The position numbers and the translations under genes are program-made. The notes beneath the pieces were generated by a model. The model did no database searches. It saw only the letters and a program-made list of their open reading frames with translations, and was not told where the DNA came from. From Neovahlkampfia damariscottae (Eukaryota): a DNA stretch of 63,281 nucleotides. Within the stretch, counting starts at the first letter, position 1; each line of letters starts with the position of its first letter. The DNA lies in assembly GCA_016618085.1 (NCBI GenBank), contig JABLTG010000016.1:124001-187281 (forward strand). Reading direction: 5' to 3'. Positions 38,743 to 52,421 of this stretch are shown in pieces.

Positions 38743-39519
38743 TCAATATATTTTTTTTTAATATAATAAATTGAAGCTCCCAATAAAGTTACAATAGATG
38801 CATATCCCAAAATTGAAATCATTGGAATTCCATTGTCATGAAAATTTTCAGAAATTTCCTGAAACTGTCTCTTTTTTTTTCTCTTTTTAATTTGTCTTTT
38901 CAAATTTTGTTCTCTTGGAGTTGGTGGTTCATCCTCTGATGAACTTTCTCTTTTTTTTTCTTCTTTATCTTTTTCAAGTTTTCCTTCAAAATTTATGAAT
39001 GATTCTTTCAAATTCTTTAAAAATCTTGCTAATAATGATTTTATTTCATCATTTCCACGTGATTTCATCAAATCATAAAGTCCAAAATGTTCTTCTTCTT
39101 CTAAATTTGCTAGTATTGTAATTTCTGTTTCAATGTCATAAAATTTCATACTTTCTAACAATGTCTCGATTTTTATATCTCCTATTAATGTATAATTATC
39201 ATTTTCTGCTTGCCATTCAATTGTCAAAGTGAGATCACATCCACCTTTCATTTTGCTGAAAAAAATTAACTTTTTTTTCTTTTTACTTTTTTCTATTTAT
39301 CAAATATGCTTCACCAGAGAATGTTTTTAATTTTGTTGTTTTTAAATTTGCCTTTCCATTTTGGAATAATTTTTTATTTTCAAAAAAATTATGAAGAAAC
39401 TCCTTTACTTTTTGTGTGATATCTTTTTCTGTGAAGTGCCAATTATTCACATTTTTTCCTTCTTCACCTAGATCTTGTACTATCCAGCGAGGGTCTTGTA
39501 TGTTGTATGTTTCACTCAT
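38739..39519 (-). CDS. Aha1 N-terminal-domain Hsp90 co-chaperone with a C-terminal transmembrane segment
   Basis: DPRWIV, NVNNWHFTEKD, GEAYLINRK/SK; hydrophobic ISILGYASIVTLLGASIYYI followed by KKK. Confidence 0.82.
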
Positions 39520-39595
39520 TAGACTTTTATTTCCGTTTGAAAAAAAAAGCACCAAAAATTGACCAATAAAAAAATTTTGAAAAATCATCAAAAAT

Positions 39596-41457
39596 TTATT
39601 GAGAAGAATAAATATTTCCAATTTTTTGAATAAAACCCCTTTTTGAATCTTTCACTTTTATCCATATTTCAGTTTTTGAGTGATAAAATCCATCAATTTG
39701 ATTGGATTTGAATTCTTCCAAAGATCTGAATTCATTAAGACCTGAAATTGATAATTTTTCATTGAAATTTTCACCTTTGATGAGAATAATCATTGGTGTT
39801 TCATGAGCACTTCTGATAATTTTCATTTGATTATCAATAATTTCGTATTTAAAATAGAAACCAGTATTTTTAAATTCTCTAAATTCAAGTGATTCTTTTG
39901 TTTTTGGGTGTTGAATTAACATTGTTAAATAATCTTTACTTGAAGCATCTCCGTGTCCACCATATTCAGAACTTACATTCAAAGGGATAATTGCACCAAC
40001 TCTTTTGAAAACTGGAACAATAGTAAGAGGTACTTTATAACCATGAACAGTTGATCCACCTCTATATACTTTATTATTCCACCAATCGACCCAATCATTT
40101 CCTTTTGGAAAATTGATCGAAATTTCATCACGATTTTCAACCATTGGTGAAATATAAATATCTTTTCCGAATTTATAATCATAATGATCTGGATAAGCAG
40201 TTGTTCTATTTGCCATTGGTATCATCACAGATGTATTTGTTTCAAATGCAATAGTTCCAGAAGATAACATATAAGGAACAAGTTCCATATGAATATATGT
40301 GAATTTTTTGTAGATTTCTGATGTTTCTTCATCAAACATCCAAGGTCTATGTTGACCTCCTCCACCATTTTCCATCAATGAATTGAATGCACCCATTTGT
40401 GTCCACCTAATGAAAACTTGTTTTGAACGTCCATTTGGTTCATTGCTGTCTCTTCTGTAACCACCAATATCTGAACCAAAATTAACATAATTATCCCATG
40501 CTGACATAAACATTGACATTAATGCTACTTTCATTCCTCCAAAGTTTCCATCTTGATCACCAACCCAACCAGCAACTACTGTATCCCTAGGAGCGAATTT
40601 ATAATTAATAGGACCCCATTTTTCATATGGTCTTGCCATAATTAATGAATCATCACCTCTTATTCTTTTTGTGAAATAATAAAAATCTCGATAGTACATG
40701 TCAGTGTATTCTCTGAATCCAATTCTACCTTTATACCCTTTTGGAATGATCAATTGTAAAAGTACAGGATCAATTCCATCTGTTTTCCAACCATCTATTT
40801 TATCCATCAATACCTCTTTCATGAGTTGTTTGTGCCACCATTCAACAGCTTTTGGATTTGTATAATCTAAAAATGAACCAATACCTCTCCACCATCTAAA
40901 AAGTGTTTGATAAATTGTTGATTTAGGTTTACTTTACTGATGTACCATTGTTAAGGTAGAAGTTATTTTGATATCCTTCTTTGTAATTTGAAGAGTCAAG
41001 ATTTACCATTGACGTTACCCAACAAACAACTTTTACACCTTTATTATGGAAATAATCAATGAAATTTTTATGGTCTGGATACTTTTTACGATTCCATAAA
41101 AAGTTGTTTACTCCAGAAGACCTTCCAGTTTTGGTGTGAATTTTTTTTTTTTTTTTTTACCATTGTGAATCAACTAAAACAGCACCTACTGGAATACCTC
41201 TTGATGTATAATCATCATAAAGTTTTGTTAAACTCATTTGATTGTGTTCATTATTATGTAACCCTTGAAATGAAAATTTAATTTTTTTTTTTCAAACAAA
41301 TCCAATGATGATGAGCCCAAGGAGCATAAGGAGCACTTTGGATTTTAACAAAGTTTTTTTTTTACCCTTTATAATTTGTTGGAGGGACTAAATATTTTTC
41401 CGCACCACAAACGATCACAGTAAAAATTACAAGCAAACCAAAGGTTAAAAATTTCAT
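39596..41457 (-). CDS. secreted GH31 alpha-glycosidase (multi-exon)
   Basis: Signal peptide; AVLVDSQW; IDGWKTDG (nucleophile); WVGDQ; GSDIGGY; FIRWTQMGAF. Confidence 0.9.
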
Positions 41458-41519
41458 TGGTGAAAACAATAGAAGTTTCCAAACAATTTTATCTACCACA
41501 GACCAAAAGATAAATACAC

Positions 41520-41635
41520 AGGTGAAATTATCTAAAGACACAACCACATCAGCTCAAAATACTGGAATCGAACCCCACTACAGAAATAGACCCAAGATCT
41601 ACCAGTTCGGCTGTAGATGAACATTCATTTACCTT
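41520..41635 (-). ncRNA. candidate Pol III ncRNA or tRNA-derived element (A-box and B-box, no cloverleaf)
   Basis: Perfect B-box GGTTCGATTCC (41574-41564), A-box-like CAGCCGAACTGG (41613-41602), raised GC content and nested stems. Confidence 0.5.
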
Positions 41636-41810
41636 ATTTTTAAAAATTCAAAACTTCAACAAAACAAATCTATGGAAGACAAAATTATTTCAAAATTATT
41701 CAACAACACTTTTATGACAACAAAAAGAAAACACATGATGAAGAAAATTCATATTTAACAAGAACTTGATGCCAACATATCATTTCAAATTCCAAGTTTT
41801 AATGTGACTT

Positions 41811-43643
41811 TTATAAATTTAATGTTTTTGTGTGAACAACAGTTTGATAACCTCCACATTTGACATGTTGAACATTTGAAATGGCTATTCGATGAGGTGT
41901 TGATTTATTTTCAGTGTTTCCAATTCCAAGTTCTCCATGGCCATTATATCCCATTGAATATAGAGCTCCATCTTCTAAAATAGGTATTAGTTGTTCAAAG
42001 TTCATTACTCATTAGTATCAATGAATGACAAGCTCCACAAAATATTGACTCAACATTTGAAAGTTTAAACTTCTGAGGAGTTAATTGGTCAGTTGTGTTC
42101 CCAATTCCTAATTGACCAAATCTATTATAACCCCATCCATAGATTGTATCATCATTCAAAATGGCAAAAATATGGTTTAATCCAGTTGAAATTGATTTCA
42201 CATTTGAAAGCATCATTTTAACAGGAATTGTACTTTCAGTAGTATCTCCTGTACCCAATTGACCATAGCTATTCAGTCCCCAAGAATAAACTGATCCATC
42301 CTCTGAAAAAGTTAATTTTAAGACTTTGAAATTTACTTAACAAAGCCACTGTAAAATTTTCACCACAATGAACTGATTTGACATTAGAAATTTGTATTTT
42401 TTGTGGTTTTGTTTGATCTATATTATTTCCTATTCCAAGTTGACCAAAATTATTGTATCCCCAAGACCACAAAGTATCATCAGCTTTTCAAAATTAAAAG
42501 ACAAAATTGGAAATACCTAACAATGCAATTGAATGTTGAAACCCACATGCAATTGATTTGACATTGGATAATTCAATTTTTTCTGGATTCCATAAATCAG
42601 TAGTTGTTCCAATTCCTAATTGACCGAAATTATTTCTACCAAATCCAAACAACGTACCATTCTCTTAGTAAATAAAAATTTAATAAAAAGGAAAGAAATA
42701 CTTAACATTGCTAATGAATGATATTGACCTGAAGATACTTCTTGAACCTGATCAAGTTTAATCTGCACAGGAACTGTTTGATTTTCATCGTTTCCAATTC
42801 CAAGTTCACCATGTCCATTATATCCAAAACCAAAAATATTACCATCTTTTATCACTGCAATTGAATGTTTTTCACCACATGATATCATTTTCACCTTTGA
42901 CAAAACAAATGGTTGAGGTGTGGTTTGATCCTTCAAATGACCCAAACCCAATTGGCCATGAGCATTATAACCCCAGATAAAAACCTTATTATCAATTTGT
43001 TTTGTGATTTTATCAACTAAAATTTTCCATTGAACCACTTTTTCATCATTTTTTTCAGTTTGAAAAGACGTTTCCATGATTTTAAATTCTCTTAAATTGT
43101 TTGTGAGAACTTCTTCTTTTTCAATCAATTTTGTTCTATCAAGTGTATAATTCTGTTTCAGTTGATCTATTTGTAATTGTAAATCTCTCAATTTATTGAG
43201 TAAAACATCATTTTCTTTGAGATATAATTTTTCACGTTCTTGTGATTTTGTTTTGATAAATTGAATATTTGTTTGAACAGAAAACGTATACTCATGGAAA
43301 TTAAAACCTTTAAATTCATTTTTAAATTTCATAGAAGCTTCTTTTAAAGTTAATAATTCATGTGTTTTATGGCTTGTTAATGAACAAATTGGACAAACTT
43401 GAATACCATCATTAATACAATATAACTCGGCATCTTTTCCTTCATGAATTTTACAAGTGTTTAATAGTTTATATGATATGTCATGTTTTTTATGGTTTTG
43501 CATGTTCTTTGTCTTGTGAATTAATGAAAAACATCCATCACAAAAATAGGTCCTACATGTTGAACAAACTGAAGTGGCATTACTGACTTCACATTGTTCT
43601 GGATATAATTTTAGTTATTGTATTTCAACTCACCACAAATCAT
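41811..43643 (-). CDS. B-box1/B-box2, coiled-coil, RCC1-repeat protein (RING-less TRIM-like)
   Basis: MICEQC..VCSTC..FCDGC..IH; CKIH..YC..D..VCPIC...HKTH; repeated WGYNxxGQLGxG. Confidence 0.88.
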
Positions 43644-43710
43644 GTTTTTTCAGTTACTTGTAAACTTTTCAATGATTGGTGGAGTTAAAAACACCAATAG
43701 AATCACAGGG

Positions 43711-46700
43711 ATGAAAAGTTGCGCGAGTAGACAAAATGACAAGGTGCTCAACTTGATAATCCAAGAATTCTTCAAAAAGTACCAGCAAGATGGACATATA
43801 CCATCAGATTCTTCAATAATCGTCCAAATCCAAAAAGATTTTTCAGAAATTTTTTTTTCTCAAAACATTAACAAAGATTTCAAATATTTAATGGAAATGA
43901 TGAAAACAAAATGGATTATATCATCAAATCAATGTATATTTACTGACTCAAACGACATTTTATCCACTATAAATTATTTGAACACGTTTCCTTTTAAATA
44001 CAAAAAATTACCATTGAATGTCAATTTGGAAACCATTTTTTCTTTCTTGAATTCATTTTGGGCATCAAAAAACAACCGTTCTGTAAGTTTCAAAAAAATA
44101 AATTTCCAACTCAACTTTTTTCAAGTGTTGTTCAATCGATTTCAAATTTGACAAAGACAATCAAAAAATATTACAAGGAATACACTTCCAATTTTTATTT
44201 TGTAACTTGGTAAATCATTATTCTTAATTTCAACTATTTTCAAAGGATATTGATGAAGAAAAAGCATTTTCAGTCTTGACTGAAATTTCATCACGTTTTG
44301 TTCAAATTTTGAATTTTTTTTTCAATCAAAACGAAAAAAAAAAGATTATTGAAAATATACAAGCTATTCTCTCTTTAGAAATAGAAAAATTCAAAGATAA
44401 AAAAAATCATAAATTTCTTCAACAATTTCTGAGATTAGATGAACAAAAATTTCAAATTTTATTGAAGTATTTTGAAGACTCATATGATTTAACAAATGAT
44501 TTAAAAGAACTTCAAAATCAATTATATTACATCACCTTCCAGTTCATTTTGAAAAAAATTAATAATTTTTTTGATGTTCCTTCAAAAAAGGATATCAAGA
44601 TTTTATCAATCATTGAAATAATAGAATTAAATTCAATTGATTATATGAATCAAAATTGGGATGATTTCTTTGTTAATTATGCTTGTGAATTCATTAAAAT
44701 GAAAATATTCAACCAATTTGAAGAAAATGAAAAAATGAATGAATTTATAAGTTTAATCAATGTAAGTGAATTACTATTGTCTTATACATCAAGGAAAAAT
44801 ATGATTTATTTTCAATTCATTCAACCAATAATTTTGTGAAAGATAAAAAATCAATTCAAGAATCTCTTCAAAAATTATATACAAATGCATCCATTTTAGA
44901 TTCATCTGGAACTGAAAATTCATTCATTGTACATTATCCATTTTCAAAAAAATCTATAAATTATAAATTATCTTTAATTGAAGATTTAAAACCTATTTGG
45001 AATTTCATTGATCATTTTCCAGATATCAAATATCATAATTATTTATATAGACGTCAAAATGATCTCAATGTTTATATTTTTATTCTTTTAAACTCTTAAA
45101 ATAGACATTAAAAGATATGATTGTTGGAGATGAATTTAACATGATTTCATCACTCAAACCTTCATTAAACTTAAAAAATCAATTATTAAATCTTGGAATT
45201 CAACATTTAAAATCAATCAATTTTTCAACTTTTGATCGTCAACATCAATTAGAAAAAGCCACAGAATCATTAGCAAAAATGAACATTAAAAATGAATCAA
45301 ATTTATGGTTTTATGAGTATATTCAAAAAATTGAGAATATTAAAAAAGAAGATGAAAATTACATCTTTTCTTTGACTTTGATAAAGAATTTCTTACCATT
45401 TTCAAGAGAAATCATTTTAGAAGAAATCAAATTAACAAAATTATACTTGAATATCAATATTGGAACACAAGTTTTCTTTCCTTTAACCAAACTTTTGAAT
45501 TCAAATTTAGTTGTTAAAATCATTTTCTCAATTAAAGAAATTTTCAAAAATTCAACAAATTCATGGCTGTTTCTTATAAAATTTGGGTTTTTAGATTCAT
45601 TCACAATTCTACTTCAAAATTATCTTTTATCTTTAGAATATGAAGAAAATCAATATTTTCTATTTGAAGATGATGAAAAGGAAAAAAAGAAATATCATCG
45701 AAATTGTGAAAATCATTATTCAGTTATCATTGAAATTATTGAATTTTTTGAATTAATTTCTGAAAAATTTGCAGAAAGGAATAAAAAGACACCTGTCTTT
45801 GATCTTTGGGTAAGTTTTAAATTATTGTTTGTTAATTGAATTAGTTGAAAAATTCTGGTCAAATGATGTTCATTTCTACAATAAAATTGATTACTACTTC
45901 AACAGAGAGAATCAACAAGAATCAAGCGAGATATTTGAATGAAATATTAATCATGAAAGTTATCAAAATATTCTTAAATTTCGCAAATACAGTTAGTTCA
46001 TTGTTTCAAATGTATGACCAAGAATTATCAATGGCATTGTCAAAGAATTTTTCAAAATTGAAAAAATGTGATGATTTGCAAATTTCAATAATGGAATTAA
46101 CATTTACATTGTACTCCAAAAGATTAATATTGGATTACTTTATCAAACATGGATTGATTTTAGAAATCATCAAAAATATTGAATATTGTAGTTTAAGTGT
46201 ATTAGAGAGTTCTGTGAAAGTCATAATTGCATTGACAAAACGTCAGAAATTAGTAAGATATTTTACATTTATGTTTCTAGTGCAAGGATTATGTTGTGTA
46301 TTTTGCATTCTTTTTCAGTTTAAGATTCTATGAATATGTTGATTCTGATGAAGAAAGTTATTACTCAAGTAATAATGATGAAGATTTCGATATTATAGAG
46401 TTGATGAAATTGTTATGGTTAGTGTATCAATCAGGTACACTTGATTCAAATCCTGGATATCAAACTTCTAGAAATTGTGAAAACTCATTTTTGGCCATAT
46501 TCCACCGAACTTTGATGGAAGAAGTGAGATTTGATCATAATATAATCGAATCAATCCAAAATCTTGAAATAAAAGACGAGAATTTTGAAAAAAAAATGAA
46601 ATTAATTTCTGGAATGTTTAACCATATTTCATGTTCAAGAAAGGAGAATGTCAACACTAAAATAGTTACCTTTTTGGAATCTCAATCAATATTAACTGAA

Positions 46701-46751
46701 TCAAAATATTTGAAGAAAAATCATGCAACCAGGTACACAATCAGTTTGTAA
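43711..46751 (+). CDS. large alpha-helical hypothetical protein (multi-exon)
   Basis: Chain of + strand ORFs separated by GT-AG mini-introns; CCAAT 12 nt before the ATG. Confidence 0.6.
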
Positions 46752-46768
46752 ATAAATGAAAATAAAAT

Positions 46769-49700
46769 TTATTTTCTCATTTGTGAAAATGAACTGGAAC
46801 TTGGCTGGAATCCACCAGTATTTGAGCCAAATGATGTATTTGTACCAAAATTTGTTTGCTGAGAACCAAAGGTATTGGCTGAATCACCAAACGTGGACTG
46901 TTGAGAACCAAATGTTGATGTTTCATTGGATTGACCAAAGCCTCCAAAAGTAGAAGGAGTTTCTTGAGCAAAGCTACCAAACCCTCCTGTTGAACCGCCA
47001 TTATCTTGACTTTTAAATCCTTCAAAAGCCCCTGAAGAAGTTTGAGTTGCACCAAATCCTCCACCTGAACTTTCAGTTTGAAATAATCCAAAACCACCTG
47101 AAATGGTGGAAGTATTGTCATGAGTGGAAGATAAAGTTGTTGTTTGACTTCCAAATGTTATTCCTCCACCTGAAGATTGATTTCCAAATGCAGTTGATGC
47201 AGAAAAGGCAGATGTATTATTGTCTTGATTTGTCAAAAAACCAGTGGAACTTGTGTCTTGTTGATCATTTCCACCCCAATTGGCAGTTGATGTAAAAGCA
47301 TTGGATGAATCTGTTTTGTTTGAATCTGAAGTAAAACTGGAAGTAAAATCAATTTTCTTTTCCTCTTTATTTGAATCCATCACATTTCCGAACAAACCTG
47401 AGGAAGATGATCCAAAAGTGTCTGTTTTACCTGCAGTGAAAGAAGGACTTGAAAAATCTGGTTTCTTTTCTTTTTCCTTTTTGGTACCAAAACCACCAAA
47501 GTCACCAAATTCAAATGTTGATTCTGCTTTTTTTTCCTTTTTTTCTTCTTTTTTCTCGTCTTGTAATCCAAATGTTGAAGATGATTGAAGTGATGAAGTG
47601 AAATCACCAAATCCAAAGGATGATCCTTTGTCTTGCTTTTTATCATCTGATTTGGACATATTGAATGATGAAGTAAAATCAAGTTTAGATTCTTTTTTTT
47701 CTTCTTTTTTTTCTTCTTTTTTTTGATCAAATATTGATGAAGGTTTTGAAACCAATTCACTATCTTTTTTTTTGTCATCTGATTTTGTAGACATAGAAAA
47801 TGAAAGACCAGATTCTTTTTTATCATCTTTCTTTTCTTCTTTTGAAAATATTTCCTTTTTTTCTTCACTATCTGATGATTTTTCAGATGAAAATGAAAAT
47901 GGTGATTTTGAGCTTTTTGATGAGAAACTAAATGTTTCAGTTGGTAATGTTGCTGATTGAGAAGATGTATCTTCAAATGGATGTCTAACACTTGAATTAT
48001 CCATTGTAAAAGCTGATTTAGTTGATTTTGGAGTTTGTGAAAATAAATCAATATCTTCAGTTGTACTTGGAGCATCGACTTTTTTAAAATCTAAATTTGG
48101 TTTGTTTTTGAATCTTTCTTTGAGAGGCACACGAGGTTTTTCAGAAGTAGTTGATCCAGAATCTGATATAGGTGGTGTTTTCAAAATAGATTTTGGTTTT
48201 TCATCTTCAAAAATGATTTTTGGTTTTGTTTCAGATTTTTTGACAGATTTTTCTTCTTCTTCTTTTCCAAATGAGAATGTGGATGTTTTTAGATCTTTCT
48301 TTGCTGTTGATGATTTTATTTCTCCTCCAAAACTAAATCCTTCTTTTTTTGTGTCTGTTTTTGAAGAGATACTGAATGATTCAGAATCTTTAGTTCCAAA
48401 TAAGGTATCGGTGGTAGAAGTTTCTTTTTTTGGTGGTTTGGATTCAGTTGGTTTAGTTTCTGATTTAACATCTCCAAAACTAAAACTTTTAACTTCTTTA
48501 GTTGGTTCAGTTTTTTTGATGATTGATTCTGTATCTTTCTTTTTTCCAAATAAAGTATCACTTGTTTCTTTCTTTGGTTTGACTTCCATTTTTGAATCTG
48601 AAGTCTTGCCAAAGAGAGATTTTGGTTCAAATGGTTTTTTCACATCAAATGATTCATTTGATGCTTTAGAAAGATATGATGAATTAAACTCTGATGTTTC
48701 ATTAAATCTTGGACTAATAAGTTCAGTTTTTTTGGAAGCATATTTTTCATAGATATTTTCTTCCAAAAACTTTGAAGGTTTACTTGTAACTTTTTTAAAT
48801 TTAACAACAGTATTCTTTCTATTCATAAGTGCTTGTTTCAATTTTTCTTTTTTTGATTGTGTTTCATCAAAGAAACTATCGTCTTGATAAGAATCAATCA
48901 TTGATCTCTTTGCAATTGGTGAAATATTTGGTAATGCATTAGAAATTGAACTTAAATTTAACTTTCCATTTGATGTATTCAAATTAGTTGTATATTTTTT
49001 GACTGATGGATATTGATATGATCTTGTTTTCTTTTTTTTCAATTGTTTTTCAAGATAATTCAGAGTATTTAAATGAGAAATTGCAGAACTATTTTGTTGT
49101 AAAATAGTTGATTGAATTATTTGATAAGTTGGCATTGATTTCTTTTTAGATTTTTTTCTGTGATGTAATGATAATGATTCTAATTGAGCTTCAATATCTT
49201 CTAATTGAGTTTCACACAATGATGACTTTTCTTTGATTTCATTATATTTTTTTTCTGTAATTTCATCAAGTGGTTGTTGTGAAACTAATTCACGATAATT
49301 TTCATCATCTACTGTTTCAACTAAACTTTCAATTTCCATTAATTTTCCAAATCCTTCAGTATATAAATTTTGAAGGTTTTGAAATTCATTTTTGTTTTTG
49401 TCTTCTTTTTCTAAACGTCCATTGTGAATTGAAATATGTTTTTTTGTTAAAGATGTCAAATGTCTAACTTCAGAAACTGAAAAATAATCTTTTCTTGTGC
49501 CAGTTTCAATTCCTTCCATTAAATTCATTGTTTCATACATTGAATTGACAGATTCTTGTAATCTCTTTGAAAATTGTTCAATTTGTTTTTTCATTTCAGC
49601 TGGCAATTCAACTTTATCAATTGTTGATTTATCAATTGATCTTTCCGTTCTTCTTCTTTCTAATAACTCTTTTGTGGATTTCATTTCATGTGATAGATTT

Positions 49701-52333
49701 CTTTTGACTTCAACATATGTTCTTGGATCTTCTTTTTCAAAAGGAATGTATTCTTCTTCCACTTTTGACTTTGATTTTGGTTTTTCTCTAACTGATGGCT
49801 TTTCTTTTGAAATAGAATCCTTCTTTGAAATAGTTTTTTGATTTCCAAAATCCAATTCTGCAAGTTTTTCTTCTTTTTCTGATTTGATTGTAAATGATTC
49901 AAAATCATGTTTCTTTTCAGTTTTTTCATCAAAACTAGTAAATGATGTTGTTGGTTTTGTAAATGAATCATTGATTTCTGTTTTTCCAAAACTAAATGTA
50001 CTGTCTTCTCCAAAAGTTGTTTTGGTGTCTTTTGGTTTTTCATCAATATTTGGTTTCTCTTCTTTTTTGTCAAATGATCCGAAATCTGATTTCTTTTCTA
50101 CCTTTTTTTCAGAACCAAATCCAGTGAATTCAGATGTTTCTGGTTTTGTAAATGAGTCTGATTTTCCACTGAAATCAAATGGTTTCTCTGTTTTTGTTTC
50201 TTCTGTTTTTTGACCAAATGTGGAATCTTCAAATCCAAATGATGTTCCTCCAAATGGTTTTGATTCTTCTTTGTCAAGTTTAAATGTTGATTGTGAATCT
50301 GATGAAGAAGGTTTTTTTAAGAATGGATTTTCAATTTTTTCAGTTTTCTCTTTCAAACTTGGACTTGATGTTGGTGTTGGTGTTCTCCATCCATCAAATA
50401 ATCCTGGTTTGTATTTCGAACTTTCATCAATTTCTAATGGTGTTTTTGATTCTTCTTTCTTTGGTGATGTAAAACCAAATCCAGATGATTCACCAAAACC
50501 AAATCCAGAAGGTTTAGAAACAAATGTTTTTTCTGTTGTTTTTTCTGTTGGTTCTTCAATGGTTGCAAATGGTTTCTTTGTTGTTTCTTCAGGTACACCA
50601 AATGTATAATCAATATCCCCACTATCACTCTGTTCAAATGATATCTCCACTGATTCATGAGTAGTTTCTGTACCAAAATAATTTGATGATTCTGCTTTGA
50701 ATGAAAATGGAGTCACAGTTGCATCTTCTGTTGGTTTCATATTATCTTTCTTTTCAGAGCCAAAAGTAAAACTAACTTTTTCATCAAAACTAACTGGTTT
50801 ATCATTCCCACCACCAAACGAATTAGTTCCACTGAAACTTTCTCCAAAATTTCCACCAAAACTAAAATCTGTTTTTTCAGAGTCTCCAAATTTAACTGTT
50901 TTTTCAGATTCTTTTGATGTCAAATCGAATCCTTTGCTTTCTTTCAGACCAATATCAACTTTTTCTTCTGTTACTTTTAGTAGTTCAACTTTATCCATTT
51001 CCAGCACTTCTGGTTCTTTAATACTCAAATATTTCTCTTTAACAGCTTTATCAATCAAAGAATATGTGTAAATCACTCCATCTGTTGTCAAAAATAATAC
51101 AACTGGTGAAGGTGCCAAAGGTTCATCCAAAGTAGATGATGTAATATCTTGAGTATCTGTCAAATCTATTTGCATACCAAGTGGATATGAAGATTCATCA
51201 TTAGATTGTGGAAATGAAACTCTTTTTGCTTCATCTTCAATTTTGATGATTTTCCATTCACCTTCATCTTTTCCATAGATGAAAGGTTCACCAACATCAC
51301 TGGCCGATAAAAGTATAATTTTCCAATCTTTCAAATAACTAAAATGTGAATAACTTCTTCGTTCATCTGAATCATGTGCACAATCTAAAGCATCATAAAT
51401 TTTAGACACATTTGACTAACAAAAATGATTAACAAAAAAAATGAGGTTTTACATCTGATAATTCAACAATGAATGGTTGTACTTCACCATCATACATTGT
51501 TGTAATTCCTAAGAGATCTTCATCAAGCCATTGATGAGTTAATAAAGGTGATTCATTCATTATTTCAACTGTATATGCAACCATGAACTCTCCATCAATT
51601 TCATCATGGACAATCAATCCTCCTGTTTCGTCGGCAATAGATAATTGTCCAGTTGGTGTCCAACTTGCAGAAACTGCAATTTCATCATGAACAAAATTTG
51701 ATTTCTCTATTTGAATTTGTTTTCTTTTTACTGTGACATTGTAAACTTCACATTTTCCTTTTGTTGTTACCACACAAAATTTTGAAGCACTTAAATTCCA
51801 AACAACTTTACTGACTGATTCCATAGTGTAAATTGGTTCAAAATCATCCTATCATTTTAAAATATGAAATTATTTCATACCTGTAATATATTTGTTAAAT
51901 GAAACAATTGAAGTTTGTTTTCTTGCATAATGTTCAAAATTGGTGATTCCACAGTTGAAAACTGAATAAAACTTGGTATTGAATCGAATTTGATTGTTTT
52001 TATGTCATTTAAATCTTGTATAACCACTCTTTCTATTTTTTGAATTTTTTCATCTTCATCAATGTTATACTGTCGATGTAATAATTTTGTTTTAAAAATT
52101 AAAACATTTCCTGTGGATTTAAATGTTTTATTTTGATTACCTCCTGAACTTGTTGAACAAACATAACCGTATTTATTATTTACGGTCAAGAGAGAAGCAG
52201 TTGATAATTTTTCGTCAAGAAGACAGTTTTCTTCTCCAACTACAACTTTCTTTCCTGGATATCTTCTTGAAAGAAAAATAATATTCTCTGAATAAAAATC
52301 TTGAATTTCAAAATGGTCTTCTTCGTCAGACAT
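46769..52333 (-). CDS. NUP214: FG nucleoporin, Nup214/Nup159-like
   Basis: N-terminal beta-propeller (LLTVNNKYG; PLGMQIDLT..PSPVVLFLTTDG), FG/FSFG regions, central coiled coil, C-terminal FG ending FSQMRK. Confidence 0.85.
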
Positions 52334-52421
52334 TTTCTTTGAAACAAACAATAAGATGATTGGTTGAAAAAAAAAGGAAAAAGAAAAAGAAAATTGAACA
52401 AAGCAACAGTTTATTAAAAAA

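Noticed and set aside
43711..46751. Faint resemblance to APC2/cullin (ILDSSG..YLYRR)
   Set aside because: Too weak by eye and no cullin homology domain recognised; left as hypothetical.
47047..51071. Many + strand ORFs opposite the nucleoporin (also opposite the RhoGEFs and the VIT gene)
   Set aside because: Antisense shadows of low-complexity coding sequence with no recognisable motifs.
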